Virus record (IMG/VR): IMGVR_UViG_2974499940_000001
Location: 35,092-99,091 of that record
Length of the DNA: 64,000 nt
Origin: a virus
Lineage: Duplodnaviria > Heunggongvirae > Uroviricota > Caudoviricetes > Demerecviridae
Reading direction: 5' to 3' (one strand)
In this document: piece after piece, positions 45,282 through 55,035 of the stretch
Layout: the number at the start of each line of letters is the position of its first letter
How positions within the stretch are numbered: position 1 is the first letter of the stretch
Translations under genes and position numbers: made by a program
The notes under the pieces: generated by a model
Database searches by the model: none
What the model was told of the DNA's origin: nothing
What the model saw: the letters and a program-made list of their open reading frames with translations, nothing else

Positions 45282-45573
45282 GTTTATTATTGCACTGGTG
45301 ATCTCCGCAGTTAGTTTCGGTTCTCTAGCGTCTACCAAAGTTTCTATGAAAAATGGCAGTGTTAAAGTCCAACAGAACGGCATTATTACCGAGTATGGTA
45401 AAGTTCGTGATGTTAAGGAACGTAATGGTAAAGTAGAAATATATACTAATAAAAACTTCTCTACTCCAGCCGTTACTATTAGCAAACGCGGTGAAATAAC
45501 CACTCAACGTACTAATAGCTCCAGTTCTTTTACTTGTCGTTATGATTGCGACTTTGAAGGCGAAGATGAATAA
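45274..45573 (+). CDS. small secreted protein (99 aa, signal peptide)
   Basis: Start MNKFIIALVISAVSFGSLA overlapping the upstream stop (ATGAATAA). Confidence 0.45.
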   Translation: MNKFIIALVISAVSFGSLASTKVSMKNGSVKVQQNGIITEYGKVRDVKERNGKVEIYTNKNFSTPAVTISKRGEITTQRTNSSSSFTCRYDCDFEGEDE

Positions 45574-45961
45574 TTTAGACCCTAGAATTAAATTTGCAAT
45601 TACAGAAATCCAAGATCAAATTGATGAGGATTTCACTGTTTGGTCAAGGTCTGGTAATGGAGAATATTGCCAGCTTTATAGTATGAAAATGGGTATCTCA
45701 ATTGAGCTTAATATCAACTCTGAAGGTAGAGTAGAAGCCCAACCCATGTTCAGTGTTCCAGGCTTCTCTGGATTTGTTGCAGGTATAAAACTATGCCTAC
45801 CAAATAACCATCTTCATCGAGTTATTTGTCAGTTAGAGACTATTAAGCATTTCTTGCCAGAAGGTAACATTAATGACTACTACCATGAAGTTGTAGCAGC
45901 TCATATGATGAAAGAACGCAAACGTCGGAGAGAAGAACGTGAAAAGACTAAACATCAATAG
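45542..45961 (+). CDS. hypothetical protein (139 aa)
   Basis: ORF. Confidence 0.45.
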   Translation: MIATLKAKMNNLDPRIKFAITEIQDQIDEDFTVWSRSGNGEYCQLYSMKMGISIELNINSEGRVEAQPMFSVPGFSGFVAGIKLCLPNNHLHRVICQLETIKHFLPEGNINDYYHEVVAAHMMKERKRRREEREKTKHQ

Positions 45962-46235
45962 CACAGTGCAGATTCCAGCAACTAAGGATGTTTTAACATT
46001 CCTACGTAGTGAGAATACCCAGTTTTGGCATGACTATATTCAGGAAAATAAAAATAATCCAGATATAGTTGCCTTTGCAAAAAAACGTATCGAAGAATAT
46101 AAAGATCCAGAGATTAAAGATGGGATGATCACTATGCAATTGTGGGTAGCCATGAATACGTTTGGGCCTACTATGAGTCTAGGAGTTACTCCACTGTTTA
46201 CTAATATTCTAATTAATGAAAAGGATCTGAAATGA
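45939..46235 (+). CDS. hypothetical protein (98 aa)
   Basis: ORF. Confidence 0.45.
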   Translation: MKRLNINSTVQIPATKDVLTFLRSENTQFWHDYIQENKNNPDIVAFAKKRIEEYKDPEIKDGMITMQLWVAMNTFGPTMSLGVTPLFTNILINEKDLK

Positions 46236-46516
46236 TTATCTCTCCATTTGCTCTTTGGTTCGTCATTGGATCTATAGTAGCTATTTACAGCTTGGTTGAT
46301 GATCTGTATATTTCTAAGAATAAAGATGTAATATTATACGTTATACATAAAACTCGACCGTTAGATCTGCCTCCTCTTGATGATAAAACATTACTCAGAT
46401 GTGCTAGATCTATGATATTTATTGTAGATATTCTTCTAGGCCCAACATCTGTGTTTTTCTTTTATAGAAAGACTCGTAATATGAAAAAATTTAAAGCTGA
46501 AATGCAGAATACCTAA
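46232..46516 (+). CDS. hypothetical membrane protein (94 aa)
   Basis: Hydrophobic N-terminus. Confidence 0.45.
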   Translation: MIISPFALWFVIGSIVAIYSLVDDLYISKNKDVILYVIHKTRPLDLPPLDDKTLLRCARSMIFIVDILLGPTSVFFFYRKTRNMKKFKAEMQNT

Positions 46517-46590
46517 AGAACTCGCGTAGGACCGAGTTGCGTCACCTGCAACTGTTACGGATAAGGGAGTCGTGCCCCTTAGTGCGGTAA

Positions 46591-46971
46591 GTGGTGAGGT
46601 GGCTGCTAGCCATAACTGGAGATAATATGACTATATTACTAATTCTTGTTACAACTTGGTTTTTAATCGGTGCTGTATATGCGATAGCTATTATTAGACA
46701 TTTGGACGAATATTCTGCTGAATGGTTTATTAAGTATCTACGTATTGATGATCAAGAACAGAAGTTTAAAGATGAAAAGCAGAAAAAAGCAGTAAATAAT
46801 ATGACAGCCAAAGAATGCTTGTTCTACATGCGTATTGTAGGGTTCTTTGGACTATTAGTTGCTGGCCCAATTGGTTCTACCATTGCTCCATATAAAGAAA
46901 CAGTTGCTGACATCAAATTGTGGAGAAATGCAGGGGTACTGCGTAAAGCTAGAGAAACTAATATTACATAA
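46591..46971 (+). CDS. hypothetical membrane protein (126 aa)
   Basis: Two predicted TM segments. Confidence 0.45.
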   Translation: MVRWLLAITGDNMTILLILVTTWFLIGAVYAIAIIRHLDEYSAEWFIKYLRIDDQEQKFKDEKQKKAVNNMTAKECLFYMRIVGFFGLLVAGPIGSTIAPYKETVADIKLWRNAGVLRKARETNIT

Positions 46972-46997
46972 GATTGATACTAAATCAACTTACTAGC

Positions 46998-47045
46998 AAA
47001 AGCAAATAATGACAAAGCCCAGCCTGCACTTTTGCGACTGGGCTA
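46998..47045 (+). terminator. intrinsic terminator
   Basis: AGCCCAG...CTGGGCT plus ATTTTTAT. Confidence 0.55.
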
Positions 47046-47065
47046 TTTTTATAATAAAATTTTAG

Positions 47066-47094
47066 TTGCTTAGATGCCCAAACTTTTGTATAAT
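47066..47094 (+). promoter_or_regulatory. promoter TTGCTT-17-TATAAT
   Basis: Family member. Confidence 0.65.
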
Positions 47095-47125
47095 ATGTTT
47101 ATAGATTGAGGCAAGAGGATTAAAT

Positions 47126-47824
47126 ATGAGGATTATTTCTAAGTTCGCCGATGTGTATGATTTGCAGAACAGTTTGTTCGACCCAGATCGTGTGTGGGAG
47201 CGTAAAACTGAAGAGTTGCTGGTTAAAGTAACCGATGATGCAGAAAAGAACATTGTGCATACTCGCCAGGTATTTCGTGATGGCTCGCTATCTTTTCGTG
47301 GTGATTTCGAATATTTTGTAAACCCACTATTTGTTGCAGGTGAAGTTTACTGGTTGCACGAGCTGTACTGCTGGCATCCGGCATTTAGCTTCAAAACGTT
47401 CAACCTCGACACTATGTTCGATAAAATGGAAGAGATGGGATTGCATGCCCGCTCTTATTTAATGGATAAGAGTCGCGGAGATGTTCGTGAAACAATGCGT
47501 GATTTGCTCGCTGAAGCAAAACCTAAAGCAGAACGTATCTTATCCGAACTGCGTGTACCGATTGCATATGTGAAAGGTATTAAAAAGAACGATAACGATG
47601 ATGTTCGTAACTTCGTGATTCAGACTAACATTCGTTTCCATCAGTCAGGTATTCCGTGGCAGGAAATTGAAAGTAACTTATACCGTTTACACCAAGTTCT
47701 CGAACAGTATATCTTCGGTGTACTAGGAACTGGTGAGCCTGATATGATTAAAGTATCAGATAAAGACAGGTTAGCAGCGCATGGATTTGATACAAAAACT
47801 TCTTTCAGGAATATGGCACGGTAA
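47126..47824 (+). CDS. hypothetical protein (232 aa)
   Basis: After promoter 47066-47094 and a GAGG RBS. Confidence 0.5.
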   Translation: MRIISKFADVYDLQNSLFDPDRVWERKTEELLVKVTDDAEKNIVHTRQVFRDGSLSFRGDFEYFVNPLFVAGEVYWLHELYCWHPAFSFKTFNLDTMFDKMEEMGLHARSYLMDKSRGDVRETMRDLLAEAKPKAERILSELRVPIAYVKGIKKNDNDDVRNFVIQTNIRFHQSGIPWQEIESNLYRLHQVLEQYIFGVLGTGEPDMIKVSDKDRLAAHGFDTKTSFRNMAR

Positions 47825-48230
47825 GTGGTATATCCTGGGAGCAGGTCTAGCGATAGGCATCGGGTTCGGTGCTTATCACTTAGTAGATAAAGTGGAGACT
47901 TTAGCGGGAGATCTTGCAGTAGCTACTAAAAAGATCTCTTCTCTAGAGACTTCCCTTAATAAGGTGAAAGCTGAAAGCGAACTTCGTGAGACTAGAATGA
48001 ATCAGTATTTCACAATGAATAATATTTCGCAAGCAGATCTAGACAAAAAGATTAAGCAGCTAGATAAAGCTCTTAGTCGTCAAGATGTTATCGCTGCAAA
48101 GCCTGGATTGGTAACATTAATTGCTAAAAAGCAGAATAAAGAGTTCGAGGAAAGATTAGCATGTTTAACTGGAAACTTGGAGTACTGCTCGCAGCCACAA
48201 TCACAATCACAGGCTGTGCAGAAGAAATAA
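47781..48230 (+). CDS. i-spanin-like protein (N-terminal TM plus coiled coil)
   Basis: WYILGAGLAIGIGFGAYHL TM segment followed by a coiled coil. Confidence 0.5.
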   Translation: MDLIQKLLSGIWHGKWYILGAGLAIGIGFGAYHLVDKVETLAGDLAVATKKISSLETSLNKVKAESELRETRMNQYFTMNNISQADLDKKIKQLDKALSRQDVIAAKPGLVTLIAKKQNKEFEERLACLTGNLEYCSQPQSQSQAVQKK

Positions 48231-48514
48231 AACCAGAGCCATCTCATGAGTTAAAGCAAGCTCATGTAGACTGGCCTAAAGGACTTCAACCTTGTAGCTT
48301 TAACTTTAGGTTTGAAAAGAAATTAGCTACAAATGGAGAAGACGGCGTAGTAGTTGTTATACCATACAAAGATTGGAATGCAAAAGCAAAATGTGAGGAA
48401 GCAGTTTACTCTTACATTTCACGACTGACTGGTATGGTCTGCTTCTATCGTCAAGATTTACAAGAAAAACGTTGCTTAGTTTACTATCCACCCATTACAA
48501 ATAGGAAAGATTAA
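48161..48514 (+). CDS. o-spanin-like lipoprotein
   Basis: Lipobox LLAATITITGC; gene overlaps the 3' end of the i-spanin-like ORF. Confidence 0.5.
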   Translation: MFNWKLGVLLAATITITGCAEEIKPEPSHELKQAHVDWPKGLQPCSFNFRFEKKLATNGEDGVVVVIPYKDWNAKAKCEEAVYSYISRLTGMVCFYRQDLQEKRCLVYYPPITNRKD

Positions 48515-49266
48515 TGTCAGTATTAGTCGGTTTACATGGTGAAGCTGGTTCGGGAAAAGATACCGTTGCAAAATTAATTATCGATTGGTGTAATGACACG
48601 TATCCAACGTGTTTACCCCGTCGTTACAGTTTTGCTAAGCCCGTTTATGAACTTGCATCCGTAATCCTCGGTGTAACTCCAGAGTTTCTAGGAGAGCGCA
48701 GAGGAAAAGAGATTGACCAATGGTTTACGGTCACACAATCTCAATTGGAGCGAGCCAGGGATGTGTGGTTTAAGTACGGTATCGATAAGTTTGAAGACTT
48801 CTCGTACGTTTGGCCTATTTTTGAGGAAAAATATCTTAATCCTCAACAACTTATCTCAGAGAATAAAGAAGACGGACTTTATAGTTTATTTATTTCTCCG
48901 AGAAAAATGTTACAGCTCGTAGGGACAGAGCTAGGAAGGCAGCTGGTGCATGAACGCATTTGGCTCATAATTCTGGAGCAATCCATCGCTAAAGACGACC
49001 CAGATGTCGCCGTAATAACAGATGTTAGATTCCCCAATGAAGGAGAGTTACTCAGAGAAACAAATCATTTAGATATGGATTCTTTGATAGTAAATGTAGT
49101 ACCCGCTGAGCAGAAGTTCACTATTAAATCAGATCATCCATCTGAAAGTGGTATTCCTGCAAAATATATTACTCACGAATTAGTTAATAAATTCGATGGT
49201 ATCAATAACCTTAAACTAGAAGTTTATAACTTCTGTGACTTAGAGCTAGAACCACTAGTTGGATAA
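48514..49266 (+). CDS. deoxynucleoside monophosphate kinase (P-loop)
   Basis: GLHGEAGSGKDT Walker A; size matches the T5 dNMP kinase. Confidence 0.65.
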   Translation: MSVLVGLHGEAGSGKDTVAKLIIDWCNDTYPTCLPRRYSFAKPVYELASVILGVTPEFLGERRGKEIDQWFTVTQSQLERARDVWFKYGIDKFEDFSYVWPIFEEKYLNPQQLISENKEDGLYSLFISPRKMLQLVGTELGRQLVHERIWLIILEQSIAKDDPDVAVITDVRFPNEGELLRETNHLDMDSLIVNVVPAEQKFTIKSDHPSESGIPAKYITHELVNKFDGINNLKLEVYNFCDLELEPLVG

Positions 49267-49278
49267 TCAAGGATCGCT

Positions 49279-49878
49279 ATGACTAATAAAAAAGAAGAAA
49301 AGACTAACCTGTTTCACTCCATTCGCCAATCTAACGAGTATACCTTTTTCTTTGATGAAGAATTAGGCCCGCCAGATGAATACCGTGATTTATCAATGGT
49401 ACTTATGCAGGCAAATGAGGACGACGAAATTAATCTGATGATTAATGGTCCAGGTGGTTATGTTGATACTGCTGCACAGTTATCTAACTTAATTGCTAAT
49501 TGCCGTGGAACAGTTATAGGGCATCTGATTGGTCCTAGTGCTTCTGCTTACTGTACAATTTTCCTATCCTGTCATGGATGGGTAGTACATCCACATGCTA
49601 CGTTAATGGGACACACGTTCTCTGGCGGATTCTGTGAGAAAGGTCAAGAAATCAAGAAAGCCTATGAATCTTACAACAAGTTCGTAGAAGATATGATGCT
49701 AGACGTCTACTATCCGTTCTTCTCAATAGATGAAATCGACGAGATGGTAAAAGACAACAAAAATATCTACCTAGATAGCAAAGAAATCCATAAGCGTATT
49801 GAAATCTTGGCAAAATATCGATCTGAGCAATATAATAAAGCCCAGTTACCTCAATCCGAGGAGCATAACGAAGAGTAA
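49279..49878 (+). CDS. ClpP-family serine protease subunit
   Basis: INGPGG (ClpP INSPGG-like) and Ser/His region GPSASAYCTIFLSCHG. Confidence 0.6.
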   Translation: MTNKKEEKTNLFHSIRQSNEYTFFFDEELGPPDEYRDLSMVLMQANEDDEINLMINGPGGYVDTAAQLSNLIANCRGTVIGHLIGPSASAYCTIFLSCHGWVVHPHATLMGHTFSGGFCEKGQEIKKAYESYNKFVEDMMLDVYYPFFSIDEIDEMVKDNKNIYLDSKEIHKRIEILAKYRSEQYNKAQLPQSEEHNEE

Positions 49879-49885
49879 GTAATTT

Positions 49886-49920
49886 TAAGCCAGGGTACTT
49901 AACCCTGGCTTTTCTTTTAT
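49886..49920 (+). terminator. intrinsic terminator after the ClpP-like gene
   Basis: AAGCCAGGGT-ACTTA-ACCCTGGCTT plus TTCTTTT. Confidence 0.7.
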
Positions 49921-50033
49921 CTAAAATTCTTCTTGACAACGACAAAATTTTGTGCTCCAAAGAAAATCTTTAAAAACACATTGTAATTTTCCTCCAAAAT
50001 TAGTATAATGGTACTGGTTAGAGGAGGTTACAA

Positions 50034-50691
50034 ATTGGAAAAGTTCTTACAATTATTAACAGTACTGCTCCAAGAAGCGAAAGACCCAGCATCGCTTCTT
50101 AAACGTCTGCTAACTATCTTAGTTGCTGCCATTATTTTCTTATTTGTTAGTAATACTAGCGAGGTGATGTCATTCTTAAAGACTTTCTCCACGTCTGCGG
50201 TTCTACAGGATGTTCAAACTCAAAGGATAGATAACTTTCCTAATGTAGCTAGAGAAAAGAGCATGGTACTCTTTTCTCAAACGGGTGCGGATGCTGTTTT
50301 TGTCGTCAAGTATAAACCCGATGCCATTAATGATTATTCTAACATTATTGCATGGGAAAGCAATGCGCAATTAGATAGGGCTGACTTGGCCGATAAAGCG
50401 GTAAATAAGACGTCTGAGCTATATAGACGTCACTTGGAAGGCTTTAACTACGCATCGGATTTAAGTGTAAAAGTAAATAAATACATGGGGTTAAATATAC
50501 CTGCGTTTAAGAACGTTACTTTTAATTACATATACACTTGTCCATATTTCAATCTAAACAATATCTATGCTGGATATATTGGTATTGCTTGGAAAGATAA
50601 TCCGGTAGATACAGCTGATTCTGAACAGTTCAAGGAATATTTAGCAAAGCTCTGTTCCCCACAACAGAGATCTTTAGGTAGATCAATATGA
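50034..50691 (+). CDS. holin-like membrane protein
   Basis: TM segment ILVAAIIFLFV; immediately upstream of the endolysin. TTG after GAGGAGG is more likely than the track ATG 50008. Confidence 0.55.
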
Positions 50692-51101
50692 GTTTTAAAT
50701 TTGGTAAAAATAGCGAAAAACAATTAGCTACCGTTAAGCCAGAGCTACAAAAAGTAGCTCGTAGGGCTTTAGAATTATCTCCGTATGATTTCACAATCGT
50801 ACAAGGTATTCGTACAGTAGCACAAAGTGCCCAGAATATTGCTAATGGTACTTCATTTTTAAAAGATCCTAGTAAAAGCAAGCATATTACTGGGGATGCT
50901 CTTGATTTTGCTCCATACATTAATGGTAAGATTGATTGGAATGATTTAGAAGCATTTTGGGCAGTTAAAAAGGCTTTTGAACAAGCGGGTAAAGAACTAG
51001 GCATTAAACTTCGCTTTGGTGCTGATTGGAATGCTTCGGGAGATTATCACGATGAAATAAAACGTGGTACCTATGATGGCGGTCATGTCGAACTAGTTTA
51101 A
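50688..51101 (+). CDS. endolysin, L-alanoyl-D-glutamate peptidase (M15 family)
   Basis: 137-aa ORF with HITGDALD and GGHVELV (zinc-binding His/Asp/His); same size as the T5 endolysin. Confidence 0.75.
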   Translation: MSFKFGKNSEKQLATVKPELQKVARRALELSPYDFTIVQGIRTVAQSAQNIANGTSFLKDPSKSKHITGDALDFAPYINGKIDWNDLEAFWAVKKAFEQAGKELGIKLRFGADWNASGDYHDEIKRGTYDGGHVELV

Positions 51102-51111
51102 TTAATAACTG

Positions 51112-51136
51112 AGGCGGGAATATTCCCGCCTTTTTA
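51112..51136 (+). terminator. intrinsic terminator after the endolysin gene
   Basis: AGGCGGGA-ATAT-TCCCGCCT plus TTTT. Confidence 0.7.
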
Positions 51137-51178
51137 GGCAAAGGGGGCTTTAATAATTTTTGAAGATAGGAGAAAGCC

Positions 51179-51595
51179 ATGTTTGCAGAACTATTCACTA
51201 TGATGCTGCTAGGTATCTGGAAAATAAGTCTAGTAGTATTCGTTTTAATGATAGTCTTTACTATCATTGCATTAACTACCCGAAATAGCTTATTAATAAA
51301 GGTTATTCACGGACTAGAGTATATAATTATGGGTTCATTCGGCGTTTGTAAATGCAATTGCCATAGAGATACGAAATATTGTTGGTTATGGATGGAACTA
51401 GAGAATCCTATATCCATAGCTTTGGCTGTTTCATTCGGTATGATTCTTATGGCCCTTACTCTAGCATTAATACCTTTGATGTTAGCTGGGGGAGTTACAG
51501 CGTATTTCACCCTTTTCTCCCCGATACTTATGTACTCAATTTACCCAATAACTATGTATCTAGTTAGGAAAAGATTTATACATGCAGTAGATTAA
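51179..51595 (+). CDS. hypothetical membrane protein (138 aa)
   Basis: Multiple TM segments. Confidence 0.45.
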   Translation: MFAELFTMMLLGIWKISLVVFVLMIVFTIIALTTRNSLLIKVIHGLEYIIMGSFGVCKCNCHRDTKYCWLWMELENPISIALAVSFGMILMALTLALIPLMLAGGVTAYFTLFSPILMYSIYPITMYLVRKRFIHAVD

Positions 51596-51608
51596 GATAA
51601 AAAAGTAG

Positions 51609-51637
51609 TTGACTTTTAGCCCTAGTTATTATATAAT
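51609..51637 (+). promoter_or_regulatory. promoter TTGACT-17-TATAAT
   Basis: Family member. Confidence 0.6.
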
Positions 51638-51670
51638 ATATACATAAATTAGTTAAGAGAGGTATATATT

Positions 51671-52102
51671 ATGTCTGATCGTTTCTATACTCAAATGGCG
51701 GAACATTTTCGTATACCACATTACGAGCTAAACATTGCACTCCGTGATCATGACTCTCCTGAGTACAAAAAGCTCGAAAAGAAAGCGGAAAAATCTATTG
51801 ATACAAAGGTAGGTGCATCTATGTCTAAGGGCAAAAAGTTAACTCGTCTTGATCTTAATAAAATTTTAACTGAACTTTTGGGTACTGATATTGAAGGTGC
51901 TAAATTACCGCTTCTTGTACTAGAGACTATGATTAAAAAGGTCAAAAATAAAGAGTATAAAAAGGTAGAAGTCCCAGAAGGCAGATTGAAGGCTCCTTAT
52001 CAGGAAGCACTAACCGAGTGTTTGGGTGTAAATCTTGATCTGAGCACCGCAACCGTAAAAACTATGAAAAACTTCTTAGAGGCCATTAATAACTATGAGT
52101 AA
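51671..52102 (+). CDS. hypothetical protein (143 aa)
   Basis: After promoter 51609-51637. Confidence 0.5.
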   Translation: MSDRFYTQMAEHFRIPHYELNIALRDHDSPEYKKLEKKAEKSIDTKVGASMSKGKKLTRLDLNKILTELLGTDIEGAKLPLLVLETMIKKVKNKEYKKVEVPEGRLKAPYQEALTECLGVNLDLSTATVKTMKNFLEAINNYE

Positions 52103-52385
52103 ATTAGTATATCTATTGAAAGGTTCCACTTGCAACCCTTGCAAAATGTTTGAGCCAGTATTTGATAAAGTAGTCAGTGACTATAATTTGGAAATCCATA
52201 AAGAGACTGATAATACAGAATTAATGCAGAAATTTGGTGTGCGCCAAGTACCTGTAGTAGTTCTGGCGGATCGCTTACCTAATGGTCGAGTAGAAGCTAA
52301 TCATATTTTGATTGGACGTCAGCTTCGTAAAGAAACTATGCACGAAGCTATTAAAAATTTCCTGGATGATAATCCAGAGGATTAA
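52095..52385 (+). CDS. thioredoxin/glutaredoxin-like protein
   Basis: CNPC (CxxC) near the N-terminus of a 96-aa thioredoxin-sized ORF. Confidence 0.55.
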   Translation: MSKLVYLLKGSTCNPCKMFEPVFDKVVSDYNLEIHKETDNTELMQKFGVRQVPVVVLADRLPNGRVEANHILIGRQLRKETMHEAIKNFLDDNPED

Positions 52386-52392
52386 TAAACCA

Positions 52393-52425
52393 AGCCTGAT
52401 CTTAGCGGATCAGGCTTTTATTTTA
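52393..52425 (+). terminator. intrinsic terminator after the thioredoxin-like gene
   Basis: AAGCCTGATC-TTAGCG-GATCAGGCTT plus TTATTTT. Confidence 0.7.
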
Positions 52426-52426
52426 C

Positions 52427-52455
52427 TTGCTTTTTGCTAAAAATTTTGGTATAAT
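52427..52455 (+). promoter_or_regulatory. promoter TTGCTT-17-TATAAT plus downstream ATAAATTGATGAGAAGG
   Basis: Family member. Confidence 0.65.
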
Positions 52456-52512
52456 ACTTATATAAATTGATGAGAAGGCTATCTACGCACTACAAGAAAT
52501 AGGGGTATTCCA

Positions 52513-52890
52513 ATGAACTATGCATATCTAATTATTAATAATAACGTAGTTTGTGGTACTCGCGCTGTTGAGATAGGTATTACAGAAGAAAAGTATAAGT
52601 CACTTCCAGAAAAGGAACAACAATATTATGTTGAAGAAGCTGCTTGGGAGTATGCTGAGGTTTATCCCGAAGAACGAGAAGATCGTCTTACTCTTGTTGT
52701 GTCTCTGGGTTTGGTTGGCTGTGATACCGAAGTTGATACAGACTTAGAGACTTTGGAGGAGTGGGAAGAGTTAGATATCTCAGCTAAAAACTCCTTAATC
52801 CGTGAAGCCTTTTGGGAAGCTGTAGATTGCCATGTAGTATTTGAGCCTAATGATGAAGAGGCTGAAAAACATACTAACCATTGGAGATAA
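52513..52890 (+). CDS. hypothetical strongly acidic protein (125 aa)
   Basis: About 30% Asp+Glu; after promoter 52427-52455. Confidence 0.5.
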   Translation: MNYAYLIINNNVVCGTRAVEIGITEEKYKSLPEKEQQYYVEEAAWEYAEVYPEEREDRLTLVVSLGLVGCDTEVDTDLETLEEWEELDISAKNSLIREAFWEAVDCHVVFEPNDEEAEKHTNHWR

Positions 52891-52894
52891 TTAA

Positions 52895-53140
52895 ATGTTA
52901 GCAGAGCAAGCAAAACGTTTAGCTAGAGTTAATAGAGCTGCTCTTCTCAAGAGCAGAAAGAAACCGTATAGATACGTTAAAAGACGGATTCTAGCTTCTG
53001 TAGAGGCTGGGGGTTCTTTTATACAATTTAATCGTGATGAAATTAGTTATGAAGCTATAAAAGCCCTCTATAAAGATGGTTATACTCTAAAACTATCAAA
53101 TAATTATGGTACAACTATTTTAAATGTTATTTGGGAATAA
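52895..53140 (+). CDS. hypothetical protein (81 aa)
   Basis: ORF. Confidence 0.4.
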   Translation: MLAEQAKRLARVNRAALLKSRKKPYRYVKRRILASVEAGGSFIQFNRDEISYEAIKALYKDGYTLKLSNNYGTTILNVIWE

Positions 53141-53142
53141 TT

Positions 53143-54006
53143 ATGAAAAAAGAATTTAATGTACATAAAACACTAGTAGTACCTGATGATGTTAACTTAT
53201 TCTTTGTTGGTGATATTCATGGATGCAACGATTTACTAGAAGATGCACTACAATTAGCTGGCTATAACGGCAAGAAAGATTGCGTTGTATGTGTAGGGGA
53301 TTTAATTGATCGAGGCACGCAGAACCTACAAGTTCTAGCTAAATTCTTGTATAATCCACGTTTCTGTAGCGTTCGTGGAAATCATGACCAGTTTATGATT
53401 GTAGGAGATTGGGCTAACTGGATGTATAACAGTGGTATGTGGGCTATGAATGAACTAGATGCAGATACCATTAAAAATATTGCCGAAGACATGGCTGAAA
53501 AACTTCCAGTATTTCTGACTGTGCTGCATCGTGGCAAGAAATATGGTGTTGTTCATGGTGGTGTACCTTTTACGTACAAAGAATGCGGTAACGAAGTGGA
53601 AACCCCAGTATGGGATAACCTTATTGCACAAGTAGAAGCAGCTAAGGAAGACCCACATGACCATCCTGGATACTATGTTGAACCATATTTATGGGATCGA
53701 GATGTAATCCAAGAAATAGGCTTCCACTTGTCTAAAAATGGTGAGGAACACCCCTATTTCCAGCGTTATGCAGGATTTAAAGAAAAATACATGGTAGAAG
53801 TACCTCCAGTTAGTGGGGTAGACTTTGTGTTTCATGGGCATACTGGAGTACCTTACCCTATTTTATACCAGAATCGTGTTTATCTTGATACTGGCGGTGT
53901 TTTCAACGGGCAGTTGACGATTGCGCAGGTTAATGATGAAACTGGGAAAATCACAACATTTACCACGCTTCGAGAAGATAGCTGTGGCATACAGAGGATT
54001 CTTTAA
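53143..54006 (+). CDS. Ser/Thr protein phosphatase (calcineurin-like metallophosphatase)
   Basis: GDIHGC, GDLIDRG, GNHD motifs; ATG at track codon 5. Confidence 0.7.
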   Translation: MKKEFNVHKTLVVPDDVNLFFVGDIHGCNDLLEDALQLAGYNGKKDCVVCVGDLIDRGTQNLQVLAKFLYNPRFCSVRGNHDQFMIVGDWANWMYNSGMWAMNELDADTIKNIAEDMAEKLPVFLTVLHRGKKYGVVHGGVPFTYKECGNEVETPVWDNLIAQVEAAKEDPHDHPGYYVEPYLWDRDVIQEIGFHLSKNGEEHPYFQRYAGFKEKYMVEVPPVSGVDFVFHGHTGVPYPILYQNRVYLDTGGVFNGQLTIAQVNDETGKITTFTTLREDSCGIQRIL

Positions 54007-54296
54007 TGGATAGTAAGCAAGAACAATCAAGTTCAACACATCTTGATGCCCTTCGTTGGAGGGCACTAGTTAATGCCTTCAGTAAGGGGGATACTGGAGT
54101 ATGGTACTCTGGAATATCAGCCAATTTTTGTTTTGACTCCCCTACTGAGATAGAGATAGAAACAAGACTTAGTATTTTCCTCCTTAATGAGGAGGCCTTT
54201 AAGAAAACAGAAACTCCCGAAGAGTTTAAAGCTAGAGTACTAACTACTTGGGTTGATAATATTATTCGGAATAAAGGAAAGAATAATGAAAGTTAA
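54006..54296 (+). CDS. hypothetical protein (96 aa)
   Basis: ORF. Confidence 0.4.
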   Translation: MDSKQEQSSSTHLDALRWRALVNAFSKGDTGVWYSGISANFCFDSPTEIEIETRLSIFLLNEEAFKKTETPEEFKARVLTTWVDNIIRNKGKNNES

Positions 54297-54876
54297 ATTT
54301 TGGTCGGATTTGCACTTAGATCATCCTGGGGCATTACGTTTCCGTCCGTGGTTTAAGAATATGAAGGAACATGACGAGTATATTCTGGATACTCTCTCCA
54401 AGCACATTGGCAAGCGTACTAAACTCATCTTGTTAGGAGACATTGCAGTAGGTCGTGAAGGCTTGGCCAAGCTAAAGTCGGTTATCCACAATGTCCCTAA
54501 TCAACTTATTATGGGCAATCACGATGCGGAACGTCAAGGACTCTGTATTAAAGATTTAGTAGAAGTTTACGATGATATTCAGGCTCTAGGTAAGCAGACT
54601 GGTGGTGGCAAAAAGTTTTGGCTATCTCATTGCCCTTTGCACCCCAATGAGCTTCGGGGCAAGTTAAATATTCACGGACACGTACATGCTACTTCTCTAC
54701 GTGACCCTCGTTACATCAATGTCTCATTTGAAATGAGCAAAACTCCTATCCCTCTAGAAGATATTGTATCAGGTAAGTTTACTAGCTATGATAGAGTAGT
54801 CAACTGCACTACTGGTGAAATATTACAGATAGGGGAAGATGTAGCTGCCGTATTGCGTGGTGATATAAATGTCTAA
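54286..54876 (+). CDS. metallophosphoesterase (calcineurin-like)
   Basis: Start MKVKFWSDLHLDHPG after AGGAAAG; GDIAVGREG and GNHD motifs. Confidence 0.6.
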   Translation: MKVKFWSDLHLDHPGALRFRPWFKNMKEHDEYILDTLSKHIGKRTKLILLGDIAVGREGLAKLKSVIHNVPNQLIMGNHDAERQGLCIKDLVEVYDDIQALGKQTGGGKKFWLSHCPLHPNELRGKLNIHGHVHATSLRDPRYINVSFEMSKTPIPLEDIVSGKFTSYDRVVNCTTGEILQIGEDVAAVLRGDINV

Positions 54877-54976
54877 TCATGGCTATTATTAAACGAATCA
54901 TACAAGCAGTAGCAATACTTATAATCATTTGTATTGCTATTGGTACAGGACTAGGCATTTTAATTAAAAGTTTTAT

Positions 54977-55005
54977 TTGCTAAAATGCCTAAGTTTCTGT
55001 ATAAT
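54977..55005 (+). promoter_or_regulatory. promoter TTGCTA-17-TATAAT plus downstream ATAAATTGATGAGAAGG
   Basis: Family member. Confidence 0.65.
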
Positions 55006-55035
55006 TACTCTATAAATTGATGAGAAGGAATAAGA

